Shown: positions 17,212 through 27,367, counted from the first letter of the stretch. The stretch is DNA of 64,000 bases from an uncultured Muribaculaceae bacterium (GCA_964513345.1 CAZELY010000003.1:9371-73370); one strand, 5' to 3'. Made by a program: numbers and translations. The notes: generated by a model not told the origin, from the sequence alone.

Positions 17212-18366
17212 CTAGTATTTTATTTCAGTTTCTTTGTTATCCTCAATATATACTCTAGGAACTCTATTAGTAATACTTATAAATAATTGGTAAGCACTAA
17301 TTCCAAGTTCTTGAGATCTTTTTCTTATATTTTTATATATAATAACTTCATCATATAATTTAACACTATCATCGATTAAAACAGCGGTCATATCCATACC
17401 AATTTCGCCGATAATAGGATATTCTTTATCATTAATAGTAACATTTAATCCTTCATTTTGTTTTAATAATCCATCAGCATAGCCAATTGCCATAATACCA
17501 ATTTTGATATTTTTATTAGCTACAAATTTAGCTCCGTAACCTACATATTCACCTTTTCTAACATTTTTAATGGCGATAATTTCAGAATGTAGTGATAATG
17601 CTGTTTTTAAATTCAAATTATTTGTAAATGTTACTCTACTAATATTGTGTTTTTTCAAATAATGATTTCTTTTAATTAATCTAAGACCAGTTGGTTCGTT
17701 TAAACTTTGACTAAAACCATACATAATAATACCAAGTCTAACACCATTTACAAAAGATGGAAATTTATGTTGAACCATAGTAAGGGATCTGCCCAAATGA
17801 ATAATTGGTATTTTATTAAGGTCGATTAAACTAGTAATTTCTTTGAAATTTCTAAAGCCATCATCAAAATGTTTATCCCACATACCACTAGTCCCAAAGT
17901 GTGTATATATACCTTCAACTTCCATCTTGCTATTTAATAATTTATCAAAAACTTCTTTTAATTGATTCTTGTCTTTAAATCCAAGACGATTCATACCATT
18001 ATCAACTTTTAAATGAACTTTTAATTTTTTAGATAAATCTAATTTGTTAAAATAATCTATATCAGGAATAGTAATGGTAATGTTTTCTTTTTCACAAACA
18101 TCCAAAAAATCCACATGAATAGGTTCTAAACATAAAATAGGTATGTGTTTATTTCTTTTTCTAATTGAAATACATTCTTCCAAAGAAGAGGCTGCCAAAT
18201 AATTTATACCACCATCAATTAAAGAATTAACAACATAATCACCATGCCCATAAGCATTAGCTTTAACAACACCAATATAATATTGATAGTCGTATTTTTC
18301 TTTAATTTCCTTAATATTGTTTTTAAGTGTGTTACAATCAATTTTAACGTAAGTTTTTCGATACAT
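17212..18366 (-). CDS. alr: PLP-dependent alanine-racemase-fold racemase
   Basis: The VVKANAYGHGD motif (PLP lysine) and the C-terminal beta domain. First gene of a tightly packed three-gene minus-strand operon. Confidence 0.8.
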   Translation of the reverse strand: MYRKTYVKIDCNTLKNNIKEIKEKYDYQYYIGVVKANAYGHGDYVVNSLIDGGINYLAASSLEECISIRKRNKHIPILCLEPIHVDFLDVCEKENITITIPDIDYFNKLDLSKKLKVHLKVDNGMNRLGFKDKNQLKEVFDKLLNSKMEVEGIYTHFGTSGMWDKHFDDGFRNFKEITSLIDLNKIPIIHLGRSLTMVQHKFPSFVNGVRLGIIMYGFSQSLNEPTGLRLIKRNHYLKKHNISRVTFTNNLNLKTALSLHSEIIAIKNVRKGEYVGYGAKFVANKNIKIGIMAIGYADGLLKQNEGLNVTINDKEYPIIGEIGMDMTAVLIDDSVKLYDEVIIYKNIRKRSQELGISAYQLFISITNRVPRVYIEDNKETEIKY

Positions 18367-18514
18367 ATATTCACTTTCTTTCTTCTTAATAATTATATAA
18401 TATTTTAATTAGTAACGCAAATAAAAAAACGAGGAGATTTACAATAAATTTATATCATAATTCAAAAAATGTGGTATACTTATTAATAGAAGGATAATTG
18501 GAGTGTGTTGGCTT

Positions 18515-19123
18515 ATGTCACAAAAGAAATCATTACATATAAAAAGTGTTAATATTGATTATAATAAGGATTATTCATTTATAAGTCTCGTATTGCTTTT
18601 TTTCATATTTGCTTTTGTTGGATGGATTTGGGAAGTTTTTCTATGCTTAGTAATGGATGGTTCGCTAGCTAATAAAGGAACTTTGTTTGGACCATGGCTT
18701 CCTATATATGGTTTTGGTATGATTTTAATATTGGTACTATTAAGACCATTTAGAGGTAAATTAATTTTATATTTTTTCGCTTCAATGGCTTTAGCAATAG
18801 TACTAGAATATTTAACGGCTGTTTATTTGGAAACTATAATGCATATGAAATGGTGGGACTATAGTAATTATTATTTAAATTTTCAAGGGCGAATTTGTTT
18901 AGAAGGAGCATTGATGTTTGGACTAGGCAGCCTTTTAGTTACATATTTTGTAGCTCCAGTTTTGGATAACTGGTTCATGAGTCTTAGGCCTGATATTTTA
19001 ATCATGATATGTGTTATACTAGCAATATTCTTTTGCATCGATGTAATATATTCTAGTTATCATCCAAATAAAGGAGAAAACATAACTTCCTATAGGCCTG
19101 TGAATGCATATATTTATAAATAA
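18515..19123 (+). CDS. Polytopic membrane protein (DUF1113 / putative ABC-transporter type IV family)
   Basis: The FVGWIWEV...GTLFGPWLPIYGFG pattern. I prefer the ATG at 18515 to the GTG at 18503. Confidence 0.5.
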   Translation: MSQKKSLHIKSVNIDYNKDYSFISLVLLFFIFAFVGWIWEVFLCLVMDGSLANKGTLFGPWLPIYGFGMILILVLLRPFRGKLILYFFASMALAIVLEYLTAVYLETIMHMKWWDYSNYYLNFQGRICLEGALMFGLGSLLVTYFVAPVLDNWFMSLRPDILIMICVILAIFFCIDVIYSSYHPNKGENITSYRPVNAYIYK

Positions 19124-19185
19124 AAAGGGGACTTTCCTGTTGAAAAAGCCTCTTTTTACTTTACAATTACTTGACATTATACCCC

Positions 19186-19207
19186 TGTGGATAAGTGGTG
19201 TGGAAAA
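19186..19207. promoter_or_regulatory. Two same-orientation DnaA-box-like 9-mers
   Basis: TGTGGATAA (the exact complement of TTATCCACA) at 19186-19194 and TGTGGAAAA (one mismatch) at 19199-19207. Confidence 0.35.
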
Positions 19208-19333
19208 CTTCTTTATTTTTAAAGGAAAATTGAAAAAATAGTAAAATAAGTGTCAAAAAAAATTAAAACTTTGTAATTTTTTGATGTACTTTTAAAGAGG
19301 CTTGTGTTATAATATTGGACAGGTGATTGGATT

Positions 19334-19867
19334 ATGGTAGAAACGCTTAAAAATACTCTTAATGCAAATCAAAATATCACACCAGAGGTAAAGGAAAACC
19401 TCATAGAATTAATTGAACTTTTTAATAAAAAATTTCCAGATGTTGATCTAAATAACTTAAATGAAAGATTAAAAACATTAAAGATTAAAAGAGCTAGTAT
19501 GTTTTTAGTAAAGCTACCTTGCCAATATAATCCACACGCGAATGAGATAATGGTCAATCTTGGAAGGTTTGAACAAAGTGATGCAAGACACTGGATGATG
19601 CATGCATTACTTGGTATAATTACAGCAAAAGAAAACTACTATGGATTTAACAATGCTGATGATTCCTTAGTTGCTTTAAATGAGGGCTATACAGAAATAA
19701 TTACTAACTACTTAGTTGGTGATATAGAAGAAAATTTCTTCTTTGATGAAATCGTTATTACTAATTTAATAAGTAAGGCTATTGGTGAAGACGTATTATT
19801 TGATGCTTATTTTAGTAACGATTCTAAAAAGGTGCTGGAAGCGATGATTGAAGCGGAGGGTAAATAG
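19334..19867 (+). CDS. Hypothetical protein
   Basis: 177-aa ORF with a GGTGAT RBS. No motif recognised. Confidence 0.5.
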   Translation: MVETLKNTLNANQNITPEVKENLIELIELFNKKFPDVDLNNLNERLKTLKIKRASMFLVKLPCQYNPHANEIMVNLGRFEQSDARHWMMHALLGIITAKENYYGFNNADDSLVALNEGYTEIITNYLVGDIEENFFFDEIVITNLISKAIGEDVLFDAYFSNDSKKVLEAMIEAEGK

Positions 19868-19868
19868 T

Positions 19869-20168
19869 ATGTCAAAAACAGTTGAAAAAGTAGGAGCATT
19901 TCTTGATTTAACCAGAAAAAATTTGAGTATGAAACTTAGTAGTATGGAACATAATTCTTTGCTGCCTGATTTACAAAGCATGCTTCAAACGATGTATAAA
20001 AATATACCATTATTTAACTATGTTACTAATTCTAATTTGTGTCCAGATTTAGGAACATACAATATTCATTATCCAGAAGAAACGTTTGCGCCTTTGCAAC
20101 AAACATTACAAAAACAAGAACAAGACAAAACAGAAGTTTTAGAAGTAAAAACAAAAAGTAAAAAATAA
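19869..20168 (+). CDS. Hypothetical protein, coupled to the upstream ORF
   Basis: The ATG at 19869 lies 1 nt after the upstream stop and follows GGAGGG. The longer ORF-track start at 19848 is rejected. Confidence 0.45.
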   Translation: MSKTVEKVGAFLDLTRKNLSMKLSSMEHNSLLPDLQSMLQTMYKNIPLFNYVTNSNLCPDLGTYNIHYPEETFAPLQQTLQKQEQDKTEVLEVKTKSKK

Positions 20169-20235
20169 CTAACTAATGTTAGTTTTTTTGTGCCATAAAA
20201 TATATTTATAAACATATAATTTATTGGTGATATTT

Positions 20236-22140
20236 ATGTTTTTTAAAAGCATTCATAAAAGAATAAAAATAGTATTATTAATTATTCTTTTTTTGTTTTT
20301 GTTAGTCACTTTAAAAGTTTTTTATATTCAAGTAATTCAATATAAAAAAATAAATAAATTAGCTGAAAACTTGTGGAGTAGAAATTTGCCTATAAAAGCT
20401 GATAGGGGATTAATTTTTGATCGTAGTGGAAAAATTCTTGCTGATAATTTAACAACGACATCGCTTGTTTTAATACCAAATCAGATAAAAGATAAGGAAG
20501 CAGTTGCCAAAACATTATCACAAATATTAAATGTACCATATGAAGCAATGGCAAAGCATGTAAATAAAAAGGCTTCCATTGAACGGGTCCATCCAGAAGG
20601 AAGAAGACTCTCTTATGAAATTACGGATAGAATTAAAAATTTGAAACTAGATGGAGTATATTTATTAAAAGAATCAAAGCGATATTATCCAAATGATACA
20701 TATATGTCGCATACCCTTGGTTATGTCGGAATTGATAATCAAGGATTAAGTGGTCTTGAACTTATGTATGATGATTATCTAACTGGCGAAGATGGCGCAA
20801 TTAAATATTTTAGTGATGCTAAAGGTAATAGACTAAAATTATCAGAAGTTTATGAAAAACCACAAAAAGGCATGAACATTACTTTAACAATTAACAAAGA
20901 TATTCAAGCATCAATTGAAAGGGAACTAGATAATGCGGTAACTAAATACAATCCTGATCATGTAATTGGTCTAGCAATGGACCCTAACAATGGTGAAATA
21001 TTAGGTATATCGGCAAGACCAAATTTTTCGCCAAATAATTATCAAAAATATACAACTGAAGAGATTAATCGAAATCTACCAATTTGGGCCACTTATGAGC
21101 CAGGATCAACTTTTAAAATTATAACTTTGGCAGCCGCTTTAGAAGAGGGTGAAGTTGATTTAGAAAAAGATACCTTTCATGATAGTGGTAGTATTAAAGT
21201 GGAAAATGCCACCCTCCATTGTTGGAAGCATGGAGGTCATGGTAAAGAAACATTTTTAGAAGTAGTAGAAAATTCATGTAATCCAGGGTTTGTTGTTTTA
21301 GGGCAAAGGCTTGGCAAAGAAAAATTGTTTAGTTATATCAAAAAATTCGGTTTTGGTAAAAAAACAGGCATTGATTTAAATGGCGAATCTACAGGTATTC
21401 TTTTCAGTATGGATAAAATTGGGCCAGTTGAGTTGGCAACAACAGCTTTTGGTCAAGGTGTTTCTGTTACACCAATTCAACAAGTAACAGCTGTTTCGGC
21501 AGCTATAAATGGGGGTATATTATATCAACCATATATTGTGAAAAGCATTAATGAACCAGAGACAAATAACGTTATTGAAGAAAACAGAAAAGCAGTTATT
21601 CGTAAGGTGATAAGTGAAAAAACTAGTGAAAAAGTAAGATATGCTTTAGAAAATGTTGTCGCCAATGGAACAGGAAGAACAGCATATATTGATGGTTATC
21701 GCGTTGGTGGTAAAACGGGAACCGCACAAAAAGTATTTGAAGGGCACTACTTATTTAATAATTATATATTATCATTTATCGGTTTTTTGCCAGCCGATGA
21801 TCCAAAAGTCGTTGTTTATCTTGCAATTGATAATCCAAAAGGTGTGCCACAATATGGAGGAGTAATTGCTGGACCACCAGCTAAAAACATTTTAAGTGAT
21901 GCGGTGGAAGCATTAAATATTAAAAAACCAAAAGGTGGCATGGAAAAAAAGTATCAATATACTGACAAAAAATATACTACTGTTCCAAATTTTGTTGGCA
22001 TGACTATTAAAGAAGCAAAAGAACAAGTAACCAAAGTAAACATCGAAATTGAGGGAAGTGGCAATCAAGTTATTTATCAATCACCAGATGCTGGAAGTCA
22101 TATATATGAAGGTGAAGCTGTTAGATTATTTACTAATTAA
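20236..22140 (+). CDS. Class B penicillin-binding protein (PBP2B/SpoVD-type) with a C-terminal PASTA domain
   Basis: N-terminal TM, dimerisation domain, transpeptidase motifs STFK, SCN (ENSCNPG) and KTGTA, and a PASTA domain (VPNFVGMTIKEAKE). Confidence 0.9.
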   Translation: MFFKSIHKRIKIVLLIILFLFLLVTLKVFYIQVIQYKKINKLAENLWSRNLPIKADRGLIFDRSGKILADNLTTTSLVLIPNQIKDKEAVAKTLSQILNVPYEAMAKHVNKKASIERVHPEGRRLSYEITDRIKNLKLDGVYLLKESKRYYPNDTYMSHTLGYVGIDNQGLSGLELMYDDYLTGEDGAIKYFSDAKGNRLKLSEVYEKPQKGMNITLTINKDIQASIERELDNAVTKYNPDHVIGLAMDPNNGEILGISARPNFSPNNYQKYTTEEINRNLPIWATYEPGSTFKIITLAAALEEGEVDLEKDTFHDSGSIKVENATLHCWKHGGHGKETFLEVVENSCNPGFVVLGQRLGKEKLFSYIKKFGFGKKTGIDLNGESTGILFSMDKIGPVELATTAFGQGVSVTPIQQVTAVSAAINGGILYQPYIVKSINEPETNNVIEENRKAVIRKVISEKTSEKVRYALENVVANGTGRTAYIDGYRVGGKTGTAQKVFEGHYLFNNYILSFIGFLPADDPKVVVYLAIDNPKGVPQYGGVIAGPPAKNILSDAVEALNIKKPKGGMEKKYQYTDKKYTTVPNFVGMTIKEAKEQVTKVNIEIEGSGNQVIYQSPDAGSHIYEGEAVRLFTN

Positions 22141-22151
22141 GGGGTGATTAA

Positions 22152-23138
22152 ATGCTTACAAAATCAGTTATAGCGATGCTTATTGGTTTCATAACATCAA
22201 CTATTATGGCATTAATTTTAATTCCTATTTTGAAAAAACAGAAAGCCTCACAAAGCATTAGTATTTATCTTCAAAAAAGTCATGGTAATAAGAAAGACAC
22301 TCCGACAATGGGCGGCTTAATATTTATTATTTCCACTATTCTAATAGTTACTATTTTTTTACTAATCAATAAATTCAATTTTAGTTATACGTTAATAATT
22401 ATTTTATTTACATTATTTAGTTATTCATTAATAGGATTCATAGATGACTATTTAATAATTAGAAGAAAAAATAACGATGGCCTCAGCAGGTCGCAAAAAC
22501 TATTTTTACAGATGATAGTAGCTTTGATATTTTTTTATTTATTTATGAAAAGTGGTAATGAACCATTACTTTGGATTCATTCGCTACACTTTAAATTAAA
22601 TATTGGTTTTTTGTATGGAATTTTTATTCTTTTTGTTTTAGTTGCCTCATCCAACGCCGTAAATTTAACTGATGGCTTAGATGGTTTAGCTGGTGGGCTT
22701 TCATTAATATGTTTTTTTACGTTTGGGATTCTTTCATGGTATGCTGGATGGCTTGATGGTTATGAAGAAATTGCTGTTACATCTTTTATTTTAGTAGGTA
22801 GTTTATTAGGCTTTTTGATTTTTAACATTAATCCTGCCAAAATATTTATGGGTGATACAGGTTCTTTAGCTTTAGGCGCTACTTTAGGTGCTTATGCAAT
22901 TATGACGCGGCACGAAGTTTTATTAATATTAATTGGTTTAGTATTTGTTTTAGAAACCATGAGTTGTATTATCCAAATTATATATTATAAATTAACAAAG
23001 AAAAGATTTTTTTCAATGACACCAATTCATCATGCCTTTGAAAAAAAAGGTATAAAAGAAGTCAATGTTGTTAGAATATTTTGGTTAATTGGTTTACTTT
23101 CATCATTAATTGCTTTGATATATGGGGTGATTTTATGA
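22152..23138 (+). CDS. mraY: Phospho-N-acetylmuramoyl-pentapeptide transferase
   Basis: TPTMGG, NAVNLTDGLDGLA and MGDTGSLALG. Confidence 0.95.
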   Translation: MLTKSVIAMLIGFITSTIMALILIPILKKQKASQSISIYLQKSHGNKKDTPTMGGLIFIISTILIVTIFLLINKFNFSYTLIIILFTLFSYSLIGFIDDYLIIRRKNNDGLSRSQKLFLQMIVALIFFYLFMKSGNEPLLWIHSLHFKLNIGFLYGIFILFVLVASSNAVNLTDGLDGLAGGLSLICFFTFGILSWYAGWLDGYEEIAVTSFILVGSLLGFLIFNINPAKIFMGDTGSLALGATLGAYAIMTRHEVLLILIGLVFVLETMSCIIQIIYYKLTKKRFFSMTPIHHAFEKKGIKEVNVVRIFWLIGLLSSLIALIYGVIL

Positions 23139-24214
23139 AAAAAATCAATATATCTTTATTTATTACTATAGTTGTTATTTCGCTTTTAGGGTTATTGATG
23201 ATTTATTCATCTTCTTATGTCTGGGCTGAATACAAATTCAATGATCCATTTAAATATGTTAAAAATCAAAGCTTGTTTTTAATTGTCGGTATTTTACTTA
23301 TGTATTTAATAAGTAAAGTTGATTTTAAAAATTATTATAAATATGCCAATAAAATATTTTTAATTGGATTTATTTTGCTTATTTTAGTGTTAATTTTTGG
23401 AACTGAAAGAAATGGATCAAAAAGCTGGTTTGGGATAGGTTCTTTTGGAATTCAGCCTTCGGAATTTATGAAATTAGTAATGATTATTTTTACTAGTAAA
23501 TATTTATACAATAATCAAAAAAACATTAGGAATATTAGAAAAGGTATAATCCCGATACTTTTTTTGACATTTATTATTTTTGCTTTAATAATGCTTCAAC
23601 CTGATTTTGGCACCGGATTAATTTTAGTAATGGGAGTAATTGGTTTGTTATTTATTGGTGGGGTAGATGTGAAATTCTTTTTAAAAATTGGATTTTTTGG
23701 AATGGCTGGTATAGCTGGATTAATCATGGCTGCCCCATACAGATTAAAAAGAATACTCTCATTTTTAAATCCATGGCAAGATCCATTAGGAAGTGGATTT
23801 CAAATAATTCAGTCTCTTTATGCGATAGGCCCAGGTGGAATTTTCGGTTTTGGTTTAGGTAATTCAAGGCAAAAACACTTTTATTTACCAGAACCACAAA
23901 CGGATTTTATTTTTTCTATAATTAGTGAAGAATTTGGTTTTATAGGCATTTTAATTGTTTCAACACTTTTTATTGTAATAATAACTTTATCTATAAAAAT
24001 AGCTTTAAATTGTGAAAACTTATTTGGTAAATACTTAGCCTTTGGTATTGCTTTTGAGCTTGGCTTTCAAGCATTGCTTAATTTAATGGTAGTAGTTGGA
24101 TTAGTTCCAGTAACAGGAGTTACTTTACCATTTCTCTCTTATGGAGGAAGTAGTTTACTAATTACTTTACTAAGTATGGGAATTATACTTAATATATCAA
24201 GGTACCAAAAATAG
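23135..24214 (+). CDS. ftsW: SEDS-family peptidoglycan polymerase FtsW/SpoVE
   Basis: The start ATG overlaps the mraY stop (ATGA). FQPSEFMKL, TDFIFS and LPFLSYGGSS motifs. Confidence 0.9.
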   Translation: MKKINISLFITIVVISLLGLLMIYSSSYVWAEYKFNDPFKYVKNQSLFLIVGILLMYLISKVDFKNYYKYANKIFLIGFILLILVLIFGTERNGSKSWFGIGSFGIQPSEFMKLVMIIFTSKYLYNNQKNIRNIRKGIIPILFLTFIIFALIMLQPDFGTGLILVMGVIGLLFIGGVDVKFFLKIGFFGMAGIAGLIMAAPYRLKRILSFLNPWQDPLGSGFQIIQSLYAIGPGGIFGFGLGNSRQKHFYLPEPQTDFIFSIISEEFGFIGILIVSTLFIVIITLSIKIALNCENLFGKYLAFGIAFELGFQALLNLMVVVGLVPVTGVTLPFLSYGGSSLLITLLSMGIILNISRYQK

Positions 24215-24268
24215 AATTGACACACGAACAAACATTTGCTATTGTATAATTAAGGGGGAATAGCAAAT

Positions 24269-25126
24269 ATGAATAATACACTAGAAAAAGAAAAAATTGA
24301 AAACTTAATTTATGTAATAAGAGGAAAGCAAGTGATTTTAGCTTCCGATGTGGCTAGATTATACGAATCAGAAACAAAAATAATAAACCAAGTCGTAAAA
24401 AGAAATATAAATCGTTTTCCTGAAAACTTTTGTTTTCAACTTACGAACGAAGAATATATTTCTTTAAGGTCACAAACTGTGACCTTAAAAGAAACTGGAC
24501 GTGGCCGCCATATTAAATATTTACCCTATGCTTTTACAGAACATGGGATAATGATGCTTTCTGGATTATTAAAAAGTAATATTGCAGCAAAAGTTAATGT
24601 AGAAATTATAAATGCTTTTGTTGCAATGAGAAAATACATCTCTACAAATTTAATTGAGCAAAATTATATTAATGAACTTGTATTAAGAGATAGCAAAAGA
24701 ATTGATTTAATAGAAGAAACCTTATCTAGCTTTAAAGAGAAGAATAATCATCTATTCTTTGAAGGACAAATATATGATGCATATTCTTTATTACTTGATA
24801 TAGTTAATAAAAGTAAAAATGAAATCATAATCATCGATAACTATATTGATAAACATATTTTGGATATATTATCCAAAACAAAAAAGCAGATTATTTTAAT
24901 CACAAATAGATATAATAATAATGATTATAATGTATATAAATCTCAATACAAAAACATAAGAATGATTATCAACAATAAATTTCATGATAGATTTATCATA
25001 ATTGATAGAAGTGTTTTATATCATTGTGGAGCTAGTTTTAAAGATTTAGGAAATAAGTGTTTTGCAATAACAAAAATTGAAGATGGTGAATATTTAAATG
25101 AAATTATTAAAAAAACAGCCATATAG
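24269..25126 (+). CDS. ORF6N (KilA-N-like) DNA-binding domain protein with a conserved uncharacterised C-terminal domain
   Basis: IYVIRGKQVILASDVARLYESETKIINQVVKRNINRFPENFCFQLT is the ORF6N pattern. The C-terminal part carries FHDRFIIIDRSVLYHCGASFKDLG. Confidence 0.7.
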   Translation: MNNTLEKEKIENLIYVIRGKQVILASDVARLYESETKIINQVVKRNINRFPENFCFQLTNEEYISLRSQTVTLKETGRGRHIKYLPYAFTEHGIMMLSGLLKSNIAAKVNVEIINAFVAMRKYISTNLIEQNYINELVLRDSKRIDLIEETLSSFKEKNNHLFFEGQIYDAYSLLLDIVNKSKNEIIIIDNYIDKHILDILSKTKKQIILITNRYNNNDYNVYKSQYKNIRMIINNKFHDRFIIIDRSVLYHCGASFKDLGNKCFAITKIEDGEYLNEIIKKTAI

Positions 25127-25168
25127 ATTTTATTTTTCAATTATTATATAATTTAAGTAGGTGATAGT

Positions 25169-27322
25169 ATGTATGCAGAAGTACTGGTAGAAATTAAAGC
25201 AAAGGCAGTTGACAAAACTTTTACTTATAAAATTCCTGAAAATTTTAATATTGAAGTAGGTAAAAGAGTATTAGTTCCTTTTGGTAATAGAAAATTAGAA
25301 GGCTTTGTTTTAAAAATTGATAATAAAGAAGTGGACTATGAAGTAAAAAACATAATTGACGTTATTGATGAAAAACCAGTTATTAATGAAGAAATGCTTA
25401 AATTAGGAATTTATATTAGCAAAAAAACACTATCACCATTAATCAGTTGTTATCAAACGATGTTACCTAAAGCTTTAAAAGCTAAACATAATACTATTAT
25501 TCACAAAAAAATGGTAAGTTATTTATTGATTACTGATAAAACTAATGATTTAAAAAGTGAAAAGCAAATTAATATTTATAATTTAATTAAAAAAAATAAA
25601 AAGGTTTTAAAAACTGAAATGAATAATATTTCTACTTCAGTTGTAAAAACATTATTAAAAAACGGGTATATTAAAGAAGAAACAGAAGAAGTATATCGTC
25701 TTGATGATGATGTAAAACAAGAAAAATATAATTATAAATTAACCGATGATCAAAAAAGAGTTATTACTTCGGTTGATTTATCATGTTTCAAACCTTATTT
25801 ATTACATGGTGTTACAGGCAGTGGCAAAACATTAGTATATATTAAAATAATTGAAGAAGTTATAAAACAAGGCAAAGAAGCTATTTTGCTAGTTCCTGAA
25901 ATAAGTTTAACGCCGCAAGTAGTCAATATTTTTAAAAAGCATTTTGGTAAAGTTGTTGCCATTTTACATAGTGGTTTGAATGATGGCGAAAAATATGATG
26001 AATGGCGTAAAATAGAAGAAAAAAAAGTTTCTATCGTTATTGGTGCCAGAAGTGCAATATTTGCACCATTTACAAACATAGGCGTTATTATTATTGATGA
26101 AGAACACTCAGAAACGTACAAACAAGAAAATACTCCTAAATATAATACGGTGGATATTGCCATAAAAAGAAGCCAAACACATAATTGCCCACTTATTTTA
26201 GGAAGTGCTACACCATCTATTCAAAGTTATACTAGAGCTAAAACAAATAATTATGAACTTTTAGAATTAAAAGAAAGAATCAATCATAATTTACCAAAAG
26301 TATCTTTAGTTGATATGAAAAATGAATTTAAAAAAGGCAATAGAGTATTTTCTGAAAAATTAAAAAACTTGATTAATATAGCTTTAGAAAAAGATGAACA
26401 GGTTATAATACTTTTAAATAGAAGAGGTTTTAACACAGTCATTACGTGTAAAGAATGTGGTTTTACACACAAGTGTCCAAATTGTGATATTCCCCTTACT
26501 TATCATAAAAACACGAATACGATGAAATGTCACTATTGCAATTATACGACTCACAAATTATTTGAGTGTCCAACTTGCCATAGTAAAAGTATTAATTCTA
26601 AAGGAATGGGTACTGAAAAACTAGAAGAACTTTTAAAAGAAGAATTTTCACAAGCTAAAGTAGTAAGAATGGATATTGATACGACTAGAAAAAAAGGCAT
26701 GCATGCAAAAATAATAACTGATTTTAAAAATGGTAAATATAATATTTTAGTTGGGACGCAGATGATTTCTAAAGGATTAGATTTTCCAAATGTCACAGTT
26801 GTTGGTGTTATTAATGGTGATAATTCTTTAAATATTCCTGACTATAGAAGTTCAGAAAGGACTTTTTGTCTTTTGAATCAGATCGCTGGAAGAGCCGGAA
26901 GAGCTGACAAAGAAGGACAAGTTGTTATTCAAGGATTTAATATGGACCATTACAGCATTGTTGCGGCTAGTTTACACAATTATCAAATGTTTTATAAAGA
27001 AGAAATCAAAATTAGAAAAATACTAAAATACCCGCCTTTTTATAATTTATGTTATATCAAAATATCATCTAAAGATTACAATATGGCTTTTGATGAGGCT
27101 GATAAAATTTCTCATTATTTACAAAAAGAGATACCAAATAATATTATTTTAGGGCCATCACCAGCCAGTATGCCTAAGATAAATAATATTTATTACTTTG
27201 GTATTATTATTAAATTTAAAAATACTAAAGAAATAATAGAGAGTCTATATTTTGTCGATAACAAGTATAAAACGAGTAATAAAGTAAAGGTGGAAATAGA
27301 CTTAAATCCATCAAAAATATAG
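25169..27322 (+). CDS. priA: Primosomal protein N' (replication restart helicase PriA)
   Basis: GVTGSGKT, DEEH and the Cys-rich zinc region CKECGFTHKCPNCD..CHYC..CPTC. Confidence 0.95.
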   Translation: MYAEVLVEIKAKAVDKTFTYKIPENFNIEVGKRVLVPFGNRKLEGFVLKIDNKEVDYEVKNIIDVIDEKPVINEEMLKLGIYISKKTLSPLISCYQTMLPKALKAKHNTIIHKKMVSYLLITDKTNDLKSEKQINIYNLIKKNKKVLKTEMNNISTSVVKTLLKNGYIKEETEEVYRLDDDVKQEKYNYKLTDDQKRVITSVDLSCFKPYLLHGVTGSGKTLVYIKIIEEVIKQGKEAILLVPEISLTPQVVNIFKKHFGKVVAILHSGLNDGEKYDEWRKIEEKKVSIVIGARSAIFAPFTNIGVIIIDEEHSETYKQENTPKYNTVDIAIKRSQTHNCPLILGSATPSIQSYTRAKTNNYELLELKERINHNLPKVSLVDMKNEFKKGNRVFSEKLKNLINIALEKDEQVIILLNRRGFNTVITCKECGFTHKCPNCDIPLTYHKNTNTMKCHYCNYTTHKLFECPTCHSKSINSKGMGTEKLEELLKEEFSQAKVVRMDIDTTRKKGMHAKIITDFKNGKYNILVGTQMISKGLDFPNVTVVGVINGDNSLNIPDYRSSERTFCLLNQIAGRAGRADKEGQVVIQGFNMDHYSIVAASLHNYQMFYKEEIKIRKILKYPPFYNLCYIKISSKDYNMAFDEADKISHYLQKEIPNNIILGPSPASMPKINNIYYFGIIIKFKNTKEIIESLYFVDNKYKTSNKVKVEIDLNPSKI

Positions 27323-27367
27323 TTATTTATAAAAAAATATGATAAAATTGAAGATAGGGTGAAACAT

